Below, piece after piece: positions 1 to 13,100 of a stretch of DNA of 64,000 bases. Numbering within the stretch: position 1 is the stretch's first letter; the number at the start of each line of letters is the position of its first letter. The stretch is taken from NCBI GenBank assembly GCA_002269645.1, contig NIVC01002783.1, forward strand, positions 1 to 64,000, given 5' to 3'. This DNA comes from Macrostomum lignano. Its lineage: Eukaryota. Under the pieces are notes generated by a model that worked only from the letters and a program-made list of their open reading frames with translations, did no database searches and was not told the DNA's origin. Position numbers and translations under genes: made by a program.

Positions 1-3000
1 GCATCGCCGTTGTCTGTCTTTACCTCATCGTAATAGTCTGGGCCAGGCGCAAGGACGAGCGCGACCTCATCCAAGTGGGCATTGTGCCGCTCATCGACAA
101 TTACCCGGCAGATCCGTACCGGTAAATTGCTTGTTGGGGCTGGTTGCTATGATCAAAATTTGTAACTTGAAGAGCAGTGCCGGATTAAAAAGTTCTCAGT
201 TTGGAGATTTTACGAGTATTCCAGGCAAAGTAGCAATTGTTATCCTTTTGAACTGGGATGAAATGTAACTGTGGTTATAGTTCACGATTATTTATCTTGA
301 CTCTGCCTTGATATTGTAGATTGTCAAGAAATATTATATTTTAAACTTTGGGAGAAAATGATCACAACTCACATAACATAAGAGAACCCATAAAACGCAG
401 TGACGGAGGCATCCTGCTGTACAACGCGGAGATGCGGATGTTGACAGTTGGCGGTTGGACTCGTGCTCAGCTGCAAATTAGACCCATCATCATGCACCTT
501 CACAACTGGAAGATCCACTTGTCGCCCAACCTAGTCAGAAAGTCCTGCCTGTTGCTCACCTTCCAGGGTCCGCCCTTGACCCATCGACACGTGGACTGTC
601 TGCCGTGCAATGCAGCCAACGGGGGCTGAATATTTACGCTCAATCGCGCAGCGAAGCTTCCCATCTAACGCTCCCTGGCGAGCTTAGGGCTGCATATTTT
701 GCTGTTTACGTCACTGCTAGGAATCAGAAAAAACCCACAATTCAGCTCCAGCTCGTAAGGTATCTATAGTTGACAAAAAAAACTGTGATTACTGAAACAC
801 CTGCTCCGCAGGTACGAGCTCACCTTCTGGACTGGCAATCAGCGAGGTGCGGGTACCACTGCGAACGTGTGCTTCATTCTGACTGGCGAGAGCTGCGAAT
901 CGGGACGCCGGCCACTGAACACTCCGATTCGGCCGGTGCTGTCCAAAGGCAGCGTGGACACATTCCACATGACCACACCGCACAGCCTTGGCCGGCTTTC
1001 TCACCTGAGAATCTGGCACGACAACAGCGGCTCGGATCCCTGCTGGTACCTCAGCCGGGCGATGATCGTGGACCAGCAGACCGGGGAGAAGTACCACTTC
1101 ATCTGCAACAGGTGGCTCTCGTGCGCAGAAGACGATGGCATGGTATGGATAAAAACCAAAGATTTCTCGATAGATTGCAGACAATTTTACTGATTTTAGT
1201 AAAACCCATGATTTACTTTTGAGGCGAATATGAGTAGACCCGGATATCCACAAAACGCTTTGCTTGCAGTTGAGTTGTAGTCGCACCTGTCTGTACTCTT
1301 TCTAAAACTTTTTTCGCACTATCCCCAATACTACATTCGAATGATCAAGAGCTGCTTGGTTTTAAATGTCCAGCTTCACCTATTAGATTTACTTTATCAA
1401 ACTGCCAAACCACCATCAAGGTTGAACGCGTGTTTCCCGTAGCCTCCGAGGAGGAGCTGCGCGCTTTTAATGTGGTGTTCTGGAGCAAGGCGCACGTGGG
1501 CATGCGCGACGGTCACCTGTGGCTGTCGGTGGTGACCAGGCCGGCTAGGAGCCGATTCAGCCGAGTGCAGCGGGCCACCGCCTGCCTGGTGCTGCTCATG
1601 AGCACCATGATGGCCAACATGATGTACTTCGACCAGACTAAGTACGTTGAGAGTCCGCGAATAGTGGAGATCGGCACCGTGAAGCTCACACTGAACAGCC
1701 TCTACGTTGCCACGGTGTCCACGCTGGTCATTCTGCCAATTAACTTGCTAATCATCGTACTGTTCAAGTACCGCAGAGTCCGCCACTATGCCGCTGGCAA
1801 AAGCGAGGGCGGTTCGAAACCGGGAGCCGCTGACGCGCGTGAGGCGTCGAATAGACGACAGAGTCTGCGGCGCGAGCTGCTGCTGGCTTTGTACAGCGAG
1901 TTCAACACCGGAGACGATTACTGGCAGCCGGAGGTGACGCCGCCGCCTACCGATCCAACCAAGCCGCTGACGCCGGCTTCAGCTCTCTCGGCCGGACAGT
2001 CGGCGGCCACTCCGCAGCAGCTGGAGTTGGTTGACCTGGCCGAGTCCCAGCAGCAGCCGGAACAGCCGGAACAGCCGGCCAGCTGCTGCCGTCGTCTGGC
2101 ATCTGCTGTGTGGCCGCTGCCGTGGTGGTCGCACTACGTTGGCTACGTGCTGTCCTTTGCCAGCGTGGCCGCCTGCGTCTACCTCATGGTGGAGTTTGGC
2201 GGCGTCCTGGGCGAGAAGAAAACAGCAGAATGGCTGGCCGCGATGGCCGTCACCGTGCTGGAGTCCGTGCTGCTTGTGCAGCCAATCAAGATCGCTTTGG
2301 TCATCCTGTTCTATGCTCTGATCTTCGGGAAGGTCAGCGAGGACGAGGACGAGATGATGCAGGAGCTTGAAAAACGCGGCGTGCCGAAAATTCACGAGGT
2401 CCTGCCGTTGCGCGACGCCTCCAACCTGCAGGCCATGCGGCAGTTCCTGAGATCGCTGGCAGTGCCGACAGCTCCGAAGCCGCACGTGCTCCAGCAGATG
2501 CGCAAGCTGAGGTGAGCGCGCCGAATCACGTAGCACTTTGCATACTCTGCTCCGTGCGACCAAGGGGGCTCTAAAGTCTACAAAATCAAGAATGTTTTAG
2601 AAAGTTAAAGCAGTAAGGAATGGATGAATTGAAGTATGGTTAGTGGACTTGAAAGCTTAATGGGATTCTTGAGCACGTTTGCAATCCGACATTTTAGACT
2701 CCGAGAGAAGCAGCTGGACGCCATGATCAGAGACGCCATATTCTACCTGATCTTCCTCACCATCCTCGTCCTGACTGCTTACACCAACACGGACAGCAGG
2801 GCCTACCTGCAAAACTCCAGCCTGCAGGGCATGCTGCTCGAAGCCAGTCACCTGGCTGAGTCGCGGCTCTCCAAGGGAGCGATCTATTCGATTGATCAGG
2901 TGAAAACCGCGCCGGACTTCTGGCAGTACCTGAACAACACGGTCGTCCCCGCACTGTACCCCATGGCGTGCTACAACGGCAAGGCCTGCGGCATGCTGGC

Positions 3001-6000
3001 CAGCAATCTGGTTGGCGACTTTGCCGACTATCTGGTTCGGCAGCCGCGGCTTCGCCAGCTGCGCCTGAAGCCGGAAGCGGCGTGCCGTGTTGCTGGAGTA
3101 TTCGCCGACTCCGTGCCCCCGTGCATCGAGGATTACGAACTCGTTTACGATGACGAGCGCGCCTACCTGCCAGGCTGGCTGCTTCGAAACGGATCAGGTA
3201 GATGCTGCTCAAGTCCATTAGGACACCCGACAATTTTTAGTGCTATTTAAAGTGTAATTCTGCGAAACGAGAAAGTGTGGTGGTACGAGTCTACCAAGCT
3301 GTGGCAGTAAAAATTAAAAAAAAATGTGGCAGAAAATTGGCCAGAATTGGGACAGAGAGTGTACATGCCTGACGACTAGAATGTCAGGGCCGCTATACAC
3401 TGTGTGAGCGTGGATAAGTGCGTGTCTGCGTACAGTATTGGCGCTTGCATGTGCTGTCGTCAGCGCTGGTTGTTGGACGATGTCGCAGAAGACAACCTTC
3501 CTGCAGTTATTAATATTATTAATATTGGCATACGTATCTTCTACCTAAATTACCTAGTTTAAAACAGAAATTTTGAAAAGCCTCGCGTATTCTCTTTCTT
3601 TCTCAGCCGGGCCGGCCTACTCAGAGTGGAGCTACACAAGCGCCCTGGACTCTCTGGGCGTGCCCCTGGCCGGCCTGCTCGCCACCTACTCAGGCGGTGG
3701 ATACTCAGCTTACCTTGGCGACTCTCGTTCGAGCGCCAGCGGCGCCATCAAAAACCTGTCCTCGCTGCACTGGCTGGACCGGCTGAGCCGCGGCGTCGTC
3801 CTGGAGCTGCTGCTGTACAACCCGGCCAGCAACCTGTACACCTACGCCAGCCTGCTGTTCGAAGCCTACAGGGGCGGCGGCTTCGTGGCCAATCCGAGCA
3901 TCCGCACCATCCGGCTGGACCGCTACAGCGGACCGGAGGCGCTGCTGTACGCTCTGCTGGACCTGGCCAGCCTGCTGCTGGTCATCGCCTTCATCGTCCG
4001 GGAGGCTCGGGCTCTGTGGAGGAAGCGGTGGGCCTATTTCCAGGTAAATTGGAAGCTGTTGTACAGGTATGGAATACAGTTTGCGGATCTGGGATGGTTT
4101 CAGGTAGCTTGCTTGTAGATGTATGACATTGGATAGTGTATGGGATGGAATAGAGTAGATGGGGATGGGATAGAGTAGATGGGGATGGGATAGAGTAGAT
4201 GGGGATGGGATAGAGTAGATGGGGATGGGATAGAGTAGATAGGGATGGGATAGAGTAGATAGGGATAGGGATAGAGTAGATGGGGATGGGATAGAGTAGA
4301 TGGGGATGGGATAGAGTAGATAGGGATGGGATAGAGTAGATGGGGATGGGATAGAGTAGATGGGGATGGGATAGAGTAGATGGGGATGGGATAGAGTAGA
4401 TGGGATGGGATAGAGTAGATGGGGATGGATAGAGTAGATGGGGATGGGATAGAGTAGATGGGGATGGGATAGAGTAGATGGGGATGGGATAGAGTAGATG
4501 GGGATGGGATAGAGTAAATGGGAATGAGGATAGAGTAGATGGGGATGGGATAGAGTAGATGGGGATGGGATAGAGTAGATGGGGATGGGATAGAGTAGAT
4601 AGGGATGGGATAGAGTAGATGGGGATGGGATAGAGTAGATGGGAAGGAGGATAGGATAGATGGGGATGGGATAGAGTAGATGGGGATGGATAGAGTAGAT
4701 AGGGATGGGATAGAGTAGATGGGGATGGGATAGAGTAGATGGGGATGGGATAGAGTAGATGGGGATGGGATAGAGTAGATGGGGATGGGATAGAGTAGAT
4801 GGGGATGGGATAGAGTAGATGGGGATGGGATAGAGTAGATGGGGATGGGATAGAGTAGATGGGGATGGGATAGAGTAGATGGGGATGGGATAGAGTAAAT
4901 GGGAATGAGGATAGAGTAGATGGGGATGGGATAGAGTAGATGGGGATGGGATAGAGTAGATGGGGATGGGATAGAGTAGATAGGGATGGGATAGAGTAGA
5001 TGGGGATGGGATAGAGTAGATGGGAAGGAGGATAGGATAGATGGGGATGGGATAGAGTAGATGGGGATGGGATAGATTTGTGTTGAGTCTAAAATAAACA
5101 TCGCTTTGGTGAAGGTCCATATATGTACCTCGAAAACTTCACTAAAATGTTCCAAATTAACAATGCCTTTCACAAAAATGACACCAGGACCAGTTCAAGT
5201 GCCTAGACATCTGCCTGCTGCTGTTCTGCACAGCCGAGGTGGTTCTCTACCTGGTGAAGATTGCTGTGCAGCAGGCTTTGGCCAGCTTCATGCAGGCCAA
5301 CTCGGACAAGTTTATCGACTTCCAGTGGCTGATTGTGTACGATGAGGTACGGAGTTTGGCCTGAGCTACCTGAGTTTATAGAGATATGAGAGCATCTACT
5401 TGAGTTTGTAGACATATGAGAGCATCTACTTGAGTTTGTAGACATATGAGAGCATCTACTTGAGTTTGTAGACATATGAGAGCATCTACTTGAGTTTATA
5501 GACATATGAGAACATCTACTTGAGTTTGTAGACATATGAGAGCATCTACTTGAGCTTATAGACATATGAGAGCATCTACTTGAGTTTGTAGACATATGAG
5601 AGCATCTACTTGAGCTTATAGACATATGAGAGCATCTACTTGAGTTTGTAGACATATGAGAGCATCTACTTGAGTTTGTAGACATGAGAACATCAACTTG
5701 AGTTTATGGAGATAGGTGTATCTACCTGAGATTACTGCCAACTCCGAACCCGCAGATCAACCAGGTGTTCATCGGCATCATTGTGTTCCTCTTCACCATT
5801 CGGTTCCTTCGCCTGCTCAACTTCAACCGTCGAGGAGTTCTGCTGCTAGAGGTGCTGAAAACCGCGACTAAGCCGCTGCTTACTTTCGGCCTGATGGCCG
5901 GCCTTCTGTTTGTAGCGTTCGTGCTGGCCGGCCACCTGCTGTTCGCCTGCTCGATTCGGGAGTTTCGAAGCTTCACCGCGGCTGCGGAGGCGCTGAGCAT

Positions 6001-8211
6001 CCTGGCTACTAGTGAGGCTCACTGGCAGATGGAGCTTGAGGGTGGGGCTACTAGTGAGGCTCACTGGCAGATGGGGCTTAAGGGGGGGGGGCTACTAGTG
6101 AGGCTCACTGGCAGATGGGGCTCAGGGGGGGGCTACTAGTGAGGCTCACTGGCAGATGGGGCTCAGGGGGGGGGGCTACTAGTGAGGCTCACTGGCAGAT
6201 GGGGCTCAGGGGGGGGGCTACTAGTGAGGCTCACTGGCAGATGGGGCTCAGGGGGGGGCTACTAGTGAGGCTCACTGGCAGATGGGGCTCAGGGGGGGGG
6301 CTACTAGTGAGGCTCACTGGCAGATGGGGCTCAGGGGGGGCTACTAGTGAGGCTCACTGGCAGATGGGGCTCAGGGGGGGGCTACTAGTGAGGCTCACTG
6401 GCAGATGGGGCTCAGGGGGGGGCTACTAGTGAGGCTCACTGGCAGATGGGGCTTAAGGGGGGGGGGGCTACTAGTGAGGCTCACTGGCAGATGGGGCTCA
6501 GGGGGGGGGGGCTACTAGTGAGGCTCATGCACTGGCAGATGGAGCTCAGGGGGGGGGGGCTACTAGTGAGGCTCACTGGCAGATGGGGCTCAGGGGGGGG
6601 GCTACTAGTGAGGCTCATGCACTGGCAGATGGAGCTCAGGGGGGCTACTAGTGAGGCTCATGCACTGGCAGATGGAGCTCAGGGGGGCTACTAACAAGGC
6701 TCATTAATTTAGGCCAACAGTCACAAGAGGGCCAGACTATGAGGACAAGAACCTCACCCCTTTGCCTGTGGAAAGCTCTGTCAATGATCAATTGTATAAA
6801 TATTATAAGCACCATTTACTACAAGTAAACGTGAACTGCGGGCACCTTGACTCGAGAAGCTTCCTGACACAGCGCTCACAGGGTGTACAGCGGCCCTGGC
6901 TAGACCCCAAAGTTACTTTGGCTGCGTGCGGAATCGAACCCGGGTTCTTTAACGTAGCAGTCGGCCGCGTTAACTACTGATCTGCTCTAGTAGTGCGAAC
7001 GAGCATCACTGTTATTTTTTGTGTTAGATCAAGTTTACTGCCCTACCCCCAACTGCAGACAGCATGGAGTTCAAAAGCCTGTTCTCAGACGGAGGCGGCC
7101 TGGCCATGCTGTTCTTCTTTGCCTTTATGCTGTTCGTGTGCCTCACCCTGCTGAACGTGTTCGTTGCCGTCATGATCAACTCGTTACGCTGCGTCCGCCA
7201 GAACTGGCTCGCCGACCCGGAGAAGTACGAACTAGTTGAGCACTTTGCCAGCCGCATCCGCTGGCTGCTCGGCTGCTCGGTCAGGCACGGCCACCTGCGC
7301 CACATTGATGCCGACTATCATTATCGCAAGGGTGAGCAGTGGTCATTGAGCACTGCTGGTGGCTCGGGTGCACTTCAGATTTATTAAATATAGACTTTTT
7401 ATGTAGCCTCATTCATCATCTAACAGATGACTCAGGTAGACTTTCAAACTTGCTGTAGTTTTCTCAGCTCACATTTTCTTGGGAGTCTTAAAGTCTCTTC
7501 ATTGATCTTTAAGTGCTTCGGGTAGGTTTTCAGGTAGTCCTTTCTTGATCTTTAAGGGTAGACTTTTAAGTAGTCTCTTAATTGATTTTTAAGGGTAGAT
7601 TTTAAGGTAGCCTCTTCATTGTTACTCTGGGTTAGACTTTCAGGTAGCTTCGTTCATCTTCTGGGGTAGAATTTCAGGTTGCCTCTTCATTGATATTCTG
7701 AAGTAGACTTTCAGGTAGCCTCTTCATTGATATTCTGAAGTAGACTTTCGGGTAGCCTCTTCATTGATACTCTGGGGTAGACTTTCAGGTATCCTCTTCA
7801 TTGATATTTTGAAGTAGACTTTTAGATAGCCTCTTCATTGATACTCTGGGGTAGACTTTCAGGTATCCTCTTCATTGATATTCTGAAGTAGACTTTCAGG
7901 TAGCCTCTTGATTTACATGTATCTTTAGATGTTTCATTCAGATTATCTGGTAGCCTCTTCTCCATTTCTGATCTTCAGCTGCCATCGAAGATGCACAGGC
8001 TGAAGGTAAACAATCCCTACACCCTGCATGCATACATGCACTATATCCTCCATCTATTTACCAAATTGCAGGCAGCGAGCAGGTAGAGGAGGACTTCGAG
8101 GAGCTGAACCTGCGCATCCTGCAACTGGAAGTCATCCTTGGGACGGCCAACGCGCAGTGGAGACACCGCACCGAGGATGACGCGGACCCGAGGCGGAAGA
8201 TCTACATGTGA
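1..8211 (+). CDS. PKD1-like: Polycystin-1-like (PKD1/PKD1L/PKDREJ family) membrane protein, 3' part; 5' end lies outside the window
   Basis: Exons joined with consistent phase and GT-AG: <1-121, 812-1142, 1421-2511, 2698-3197, 3607-4043, 5188-5346, 5756-6011, 7059-7331, 7979-8005, 8072-8211 (TGA 8209-8211). They encode TM1 (LYLIVIVWARRKDERD), a PLAT domain (YELTFWTGNQRGAGTTANV...LRIWHDNSG...CNRWL), HLWLSV...SRFSRVQR, a TOP/polycystin domain (VRQPRLRQLR, YSGGGY, WLDRLSRGVVLE), the channel TMs (LLNVFVAVMI) and a short acidic coiled-coil-like tail. Exact paralogue not assignable. Confidence 0.93.
4141..5075 (+). repeat. 20-bp G-rich minisatellite (GGGGATGGGATAGAGTAGAT)n in a polycystin intron
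   Basis: About 46 near-identical units read directly; source of the spurious ORFs 3705-5120 and 4100-5173. Confidence 0.97.
5365..5705 (+). repeat. 30-bp minisatellite (TGAGTTTGTAGACATATGAGAGCATCTACT)n
   Basis: About 11 units filling most of intron 5347-5755. Confidence 0.96.
6004..6693 (+). repeat. ~42-bp minisatellite built from an exon end plus 5' splice site (GGCTACTA|GTGAGGCTCACTGGCAGATGGGGCTCAG(G)n)
   Basis: 16 copies of CTACTAGTGAGG counted; the first overlaps the coding exon end at 6011. G-run length varies between units. Confidence 0.95.
6790..6990 (-). mobile_element. Putative tRNA-derived SINE
   Basis: Minus strand has a perfect B-box GGTTCGATTCC (6930-6940) preceded by a tRNA-like GACTGCTA loop, then ~130 bp body and an AT-rich end. 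No full cloverleaf; boundaries approximate. Confidence 0.45.
7430..7965 (+). repeat. Degenerate 37-bp minisatellite (GTAGACTTTCAGGTAGCCTCTTCATTGATATTCTGAA)n
   Basis: Clear units at 7700-7910, degenerate flanks; ends just before the acceptor at 7978. Confidence 0.85.
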
Positions 8212-8660
8212 TCGCAGAGAGACCGCAGATTAACATAGGAATTTCGATTTGAATTGATTAGTTACTCTAAGTAGCAAGGACATTTTACCGGATTTTTTAA
8301 AAAAAAACTCTTTTTTAAGAGAATAATGCTATGAAACTTTGCTATGCAATTGAAAACTTAAAAAACTTTCTGCACAACAAACGGAAAGTACTTCTCTTAT
8401 CTCGAATTATAAATACTTTTAGTACTATCTTGACGCTATAATTGGTATTTTTTAAACAAAACAGAGGGAATTTCTAATTTTGAATCTAAACCAATAAAAA
8501 ATTAAATACTCAATGTCTAAATTTTTCTTTTCGGCAATAAACACTGTTTCTTAACTCTATTATTCTAACTAGCATTATAATTCAGCTCACTTCGACTTTT
8601 ATTATTTTTTTGAGAGCAAATACGAGCTAGCATCATAAATTAATCAAATTGCACACGCGG

Positions 8661-8910
8661 CCGCCGTCCACCTCACTCCACCGCGACCCTCCTCACACCG
8701 AGGCCACCCTTCTCACTCCACCGCTGCCCACCTTACACTGCCTCCGCCCACCCCAATCCGCCGCCACCCTCCTCACTCCGCCGCCCACCTCACTCCGCCA
8801 CCCACCTCACTCCGCCGCCCACCTCACTCCGCCGCCCACCTCACTCCGCCACCCACCTCACTCCGCCGCCCACCTCACTCCGCCGCCACCAACCTCACTC
8901 CGCCACCCAT
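8661..8910 (+). repeat. C-rich ~17-bp tandem repeat (CCTCACTCCGCCGCCCA)n
   Basis: Read directly; lies between the convergent polycystin and TMEM45 3' ends. Confidence 0.88.
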
Positions 8911-10162
8911 GTCAAAAAAAATTTAAACCAGACTATATAAAGTGAATAACTCGACAATGAATACTGGTAATAATCGATAAGATATACGGCACACAATATT
9001 AGCAGTATAATATTATATTTAAGGATCAGTAAACACTGATAATAAAAATAAAAAGCTGCACACCAATAAAAGCACAGACTAGCTGATGAAACCTGATCAC
9101 CAAGTAAAAACGCCAAAAACAAGAACAGGAAAAATCATGCAATTGGGTTAAAAAAAGACAAAAAGCCAGACTAGACTAGACTAGACCGCACTGTGAGCTA
9201 GGGGGGGGGCTGGGCTTAGCTATGAATAGATGCGGAAGACGACATCCAAATACGCGCGTCAAAACAAATATGAGTATATACTACTGCCAAGGAGTAAACT
9301 GCGCACAATAAGCTAGAAATTTGAAGAGTAACAATATAATATTCGGCATAGTATTTAATCTAATATTGCAACAAAAAGATGAAAGCTTATACAAGGATAA
9401 ACAACAAATTTAAAGGAAGCATTCGGGGACAAGATTGAATATCGCCATCACCGCGTTTAGCAATACAACAAGGCGCTGGAGAAAATTTCACACGCAGAAG
9501 TTCAAATAAAAAACTCTGCGTCTTCTAAAACTTCAATTAAAAAAAATGCACTATACAATATAGAAACAAAAGGTTTGCTCCAATTGTATAAAAATCAAGG
9601 AGGACAACAATACACAGCGATTAAAAAATGATCAACAACACAATACAAAAACATTTCTAGTATTTGTTTTGGTTTTGCAAGTGTACGTTTATAGTTCTGA
9701 TGTTAAAATTAGATATTACTGCGTACATTTGAGTTAGTCTATTGAGGGTAAATCCTCATACCATGTTACTTACACTGTGTCTATTTTTAGCAACACGATG
9801 CGCAATTTTGCGCATCTATTTTTAGTAACAAGCGATGTACATCTGTTTAACTATACACACAGTGATAATTCAGCCAATCAAGTCTGAGCTAGTGTCTATG
9901 GTCAAGAATTGTATTAGACCAAGCCAGCTGTTAGGGGCTAAAAGATAATCAAGTAGAGAATTTCAAAGCAAGTATTCTGGCAACAGAAACTTCATCGCTG
10001 ACAAGTGCTGATTTTTAACAAAATTATCCACTTGATTGGCTGTGTGATAAATCCTAGACTTCTAGTATATTGTAGTATTGTCTATCTTCTTATCAATTAT
10101 TTCACAAATTGTTGTGTCGACCTCTCACTATCGGACCTCCTTGACAGCTCAGATCAGAGTCG

Positions 10163-13100
10163 CTAGTCGCTATCCTCGTCATCATCATCGACTCCAACGC
10201 CGCTGGCGCCGCCGCCTCGGCCGCTCTGTCCGTCAGATTTAATCAGCCGCTCCATGCTGACCTCTCGCCTATCACCGCCGTCCATAGGACCCCGGCGAGC
10301 GTGATAGCGGCTGATGAACATGGCCAGGCACAGGGCAAATATGAATATGGCCAGGCCGTGCCAAGCGAATATCACAGTGGCCAACATGATGCTGTCGTGT
10401 TCAGCTTTTGTTAATTGGAATTGGCGAAGCCACGGTACAGGCGGGTAGAGCATTGCGCCTACCTGCGATGTGATTAAAATTAATTAATAGCTTTCTGTGT
10501 CGCCAAACTCCGGCATACAAGACTTCACAATTAGCAATCCTGTCCGCTCAGGGTTTATTTCTTCTCTCATCTCCTCTTTCCTCTTAGGGGGTAAAGTTCA
10601 GTATTAAAGCTCTATAGCATTAAAGCTCTGTGTATGTAGCATTCTAAAGTAACAGTTTTCACACAAGGGTTGATCGTGCAAATCCATGTAATACAGATTA
10701 ATGATCAATGTAAAAATCAAGGACGACTTAAGTAGAAGGACGGGAAACATCGTTTCTTAGAAAATTTTTGAAGGCACTTTTTCCCGAAAAAATACACTAC
10801 GGAGATAGGAAATTTTCATTTTTTGAGCACAAAAATTGCTATTACTTTTGATAGGAGGCAGATCCAGTGTTCATCTTTTGATATATTGTGCCTTTTTTAT
10901 TGCTCTATCGATATTTATAAAGCTTTTCGTTCAGAAAATTTTACGTATTATTTTAGTATCTGTGGGTGCAGCCCATATCCAGGGAATCCTATTGGCTCGC
11001 TTGAATTGGCTATTGCCTACTGGTAATGAGTAGCGTTGATTTTGACTACTGATCTTTTTGAACCAAATATATGTCCTGTTCGGTCGGTAGTATCAATAGA
11101 TTGGTTCTAGCAAAATACTCTCCTTTTTCTCTCCTCTTTCCAAGAATCCTACGAATCCTATGAAAACACTTTTTGCCTCCCTTACCCTTCCAGCCAGCTG
11201 GCAGTCGCTTTGCTATTCAGGACCCTTGGACTGGTCATTGCGGTATTTGGGTGTTGTCTTATTTGTATTTCAAACTGACTCGTGGTGGTAGCCTCCGATT
11301 CTTTTTAACGCGTGTTCTTGGTTGTGGGCCACGTCGAGGAAATGAGTTTCGGCGTGCGTATTTTTGCCTACGACGCTTTGCAACACAATGCTTTGGTTTG
11401 CATGGGTGCTTGCGCCTGTGCAAACCGGCTTTAGTGATCAGCCCGGCCCTTGCGGTCTCTGTGCATCTGTGTGGCCCCCACCCGGAGTCACCGCTCTGGT
11501 CCTACGCCGATGGAAGTGGCGGCTTGCGCCTGCTGACTGGGAGGCACCTGGACTGCTTCCTCCGTGACAAGTTTGCCGCAGCCGGCGTTCGACCAGGATC
11601 TTACTCCGCGCACAGTCTGCGACGAGGAGGAGCTATCTGGGCGTCTGTGCTAGGCCTCCCAGTGTCTGATATCATGCACATTGGTGACTGGAGAAGTGAG
11701 GCTGTGCAGCGTTATCTCCCCCAGTTTCACCAGACAGCGGAGGCTGCTGTGACTTTTGCCGGTGGTGTCTCTGCTTTGTTTTAGCTCCCAGCCTTCTGCT
11801 TTTGATCGCTTGCTCGCTTTGGGTTTGGAGGTCGCTTATTCGCTGTGCGCCTCCCGCGCGTTGCTCGCCAATTGTCTCAATGTGTCTCTTTGTGTCTGGC
11901 TGGTCACTAAGTGTTGCCTTTATTCTTGTAATGCAGAAATACATCGAAAAGTTTTTTGGCCAACTTGGTTGATTGAAATTAAGCTCTTTTCTTCCGTTCT
12001 TTGTGGGTGCGGTGCAGTGTAGACTGTATAGCTAGAATTCCCGTAGAATACCCTACCATTTGGTTTGGTACCTTAATATTTAATTTGTAATTGGAAAATG
12101 TGCAATTGAAAATTGGGGTATGTAATATTTTTACTGCCGTAGAGCGCATATGCGTCACTTAGAATTAATGAAAATCGCATTTCGCATTTACAACAACTCT
12201 ATTTTGCCTACTTGAGTTAGTAGAGAGTTTAGCGCTAACACAACGACTCTTGGACGACTGGTCCTGCCTCAAAAGTCGCCTCTACTACGTGGCATTTCAG
12301 TCGTTTGAGTTGTTGAAAATTCACAAGAGTCACACCAGGGTCGCTAGAGTCACTAGTGAGTTGATTGCAATGACTCTTTGCGATTCTTGTCACGGTATCC
12401 TTTTTCAACGGGCTGTGCAGTACCCCCAGTTTTGCCCACAGTTACTAAAATAACCAGATGGGCCACTCAGGCATGGATACTTAGTGGAAAGGCGCGGTTG
12501 GGGGGTTTAAGCTGGGGGGATAAGAGCCAATAAATGAGCCTTGGCTTTAAAAATACATTAAAATGCTTCTGTTTAACTTACCACTGAACTGAAAGTAGCC
12601 CAAATGTGCTGAGTGGCCCATCTGGTTATTCCAGTATCTGTGGTTTTGCCTGGCTAATTTGGGTAGATCGATAACAAACGCGATCAGCAGTCTCGTACCT
12701 GGATAAACCAGCTGCCCTGTAGGGCGGTGAAAAAGCAGCGGGCCAGGGCTGGCAGCGGAGACCGGGGCCTGCGCAATTCTAGCAGCAGTGCCAGCACGCA
12801 GCACCAGACTGTGTACACCAGCAGGGTGTGCAGGACCACGTCAATCTGAGATAAATTATAGATGGATTCAAGTTCTCACTCTGTTCAGATTCCTTTCGCG
12901 GAGATGGAAATTATTAATTGGCTGTATGAAGTCTTCTATCTGCTTAGTGTAGTCTGACATTGTCAAATTTACGGTTTCTGAAGGCTTAGTGTAGTCTGAC
13001 ATTGTCAAATTTACGGTTTCTGAAGGCTTAGTGTAGTCTGACACAGTGGCGTAGCCAGGGGGGGGGGGGGGGGGCTGAGGCCCCCCCCCCAATCGCCTGG

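Noticed and set aside
397-717. 9-bp inverted repeat GCAGTGACG / CGTCACTGC around ORF 348-629 in polycystin intron 1
   Set aside because: Short match, no TSD and no recognisable protein; could be chance.
3705-5173. 471-aa and 357-aa extensin-like ORFs
   Set aside because: Antisense translation of the 20-bp intronic repeat of the polycystin gene.
6042-6043. Alternative polycystin donor GAGG|GTGGGG (also phase 1)
   Set aside because: Weaker consensus, and it adds 10 residues to the pore region relative to the expected spacing; 6012 preferred but not proven.
10163-10453. Stand-alone 96-aa small membrane protein
   Set aside because: It is the last exon of TMEM45 (acceptor at 10463-10464, family motifs continue in frame).
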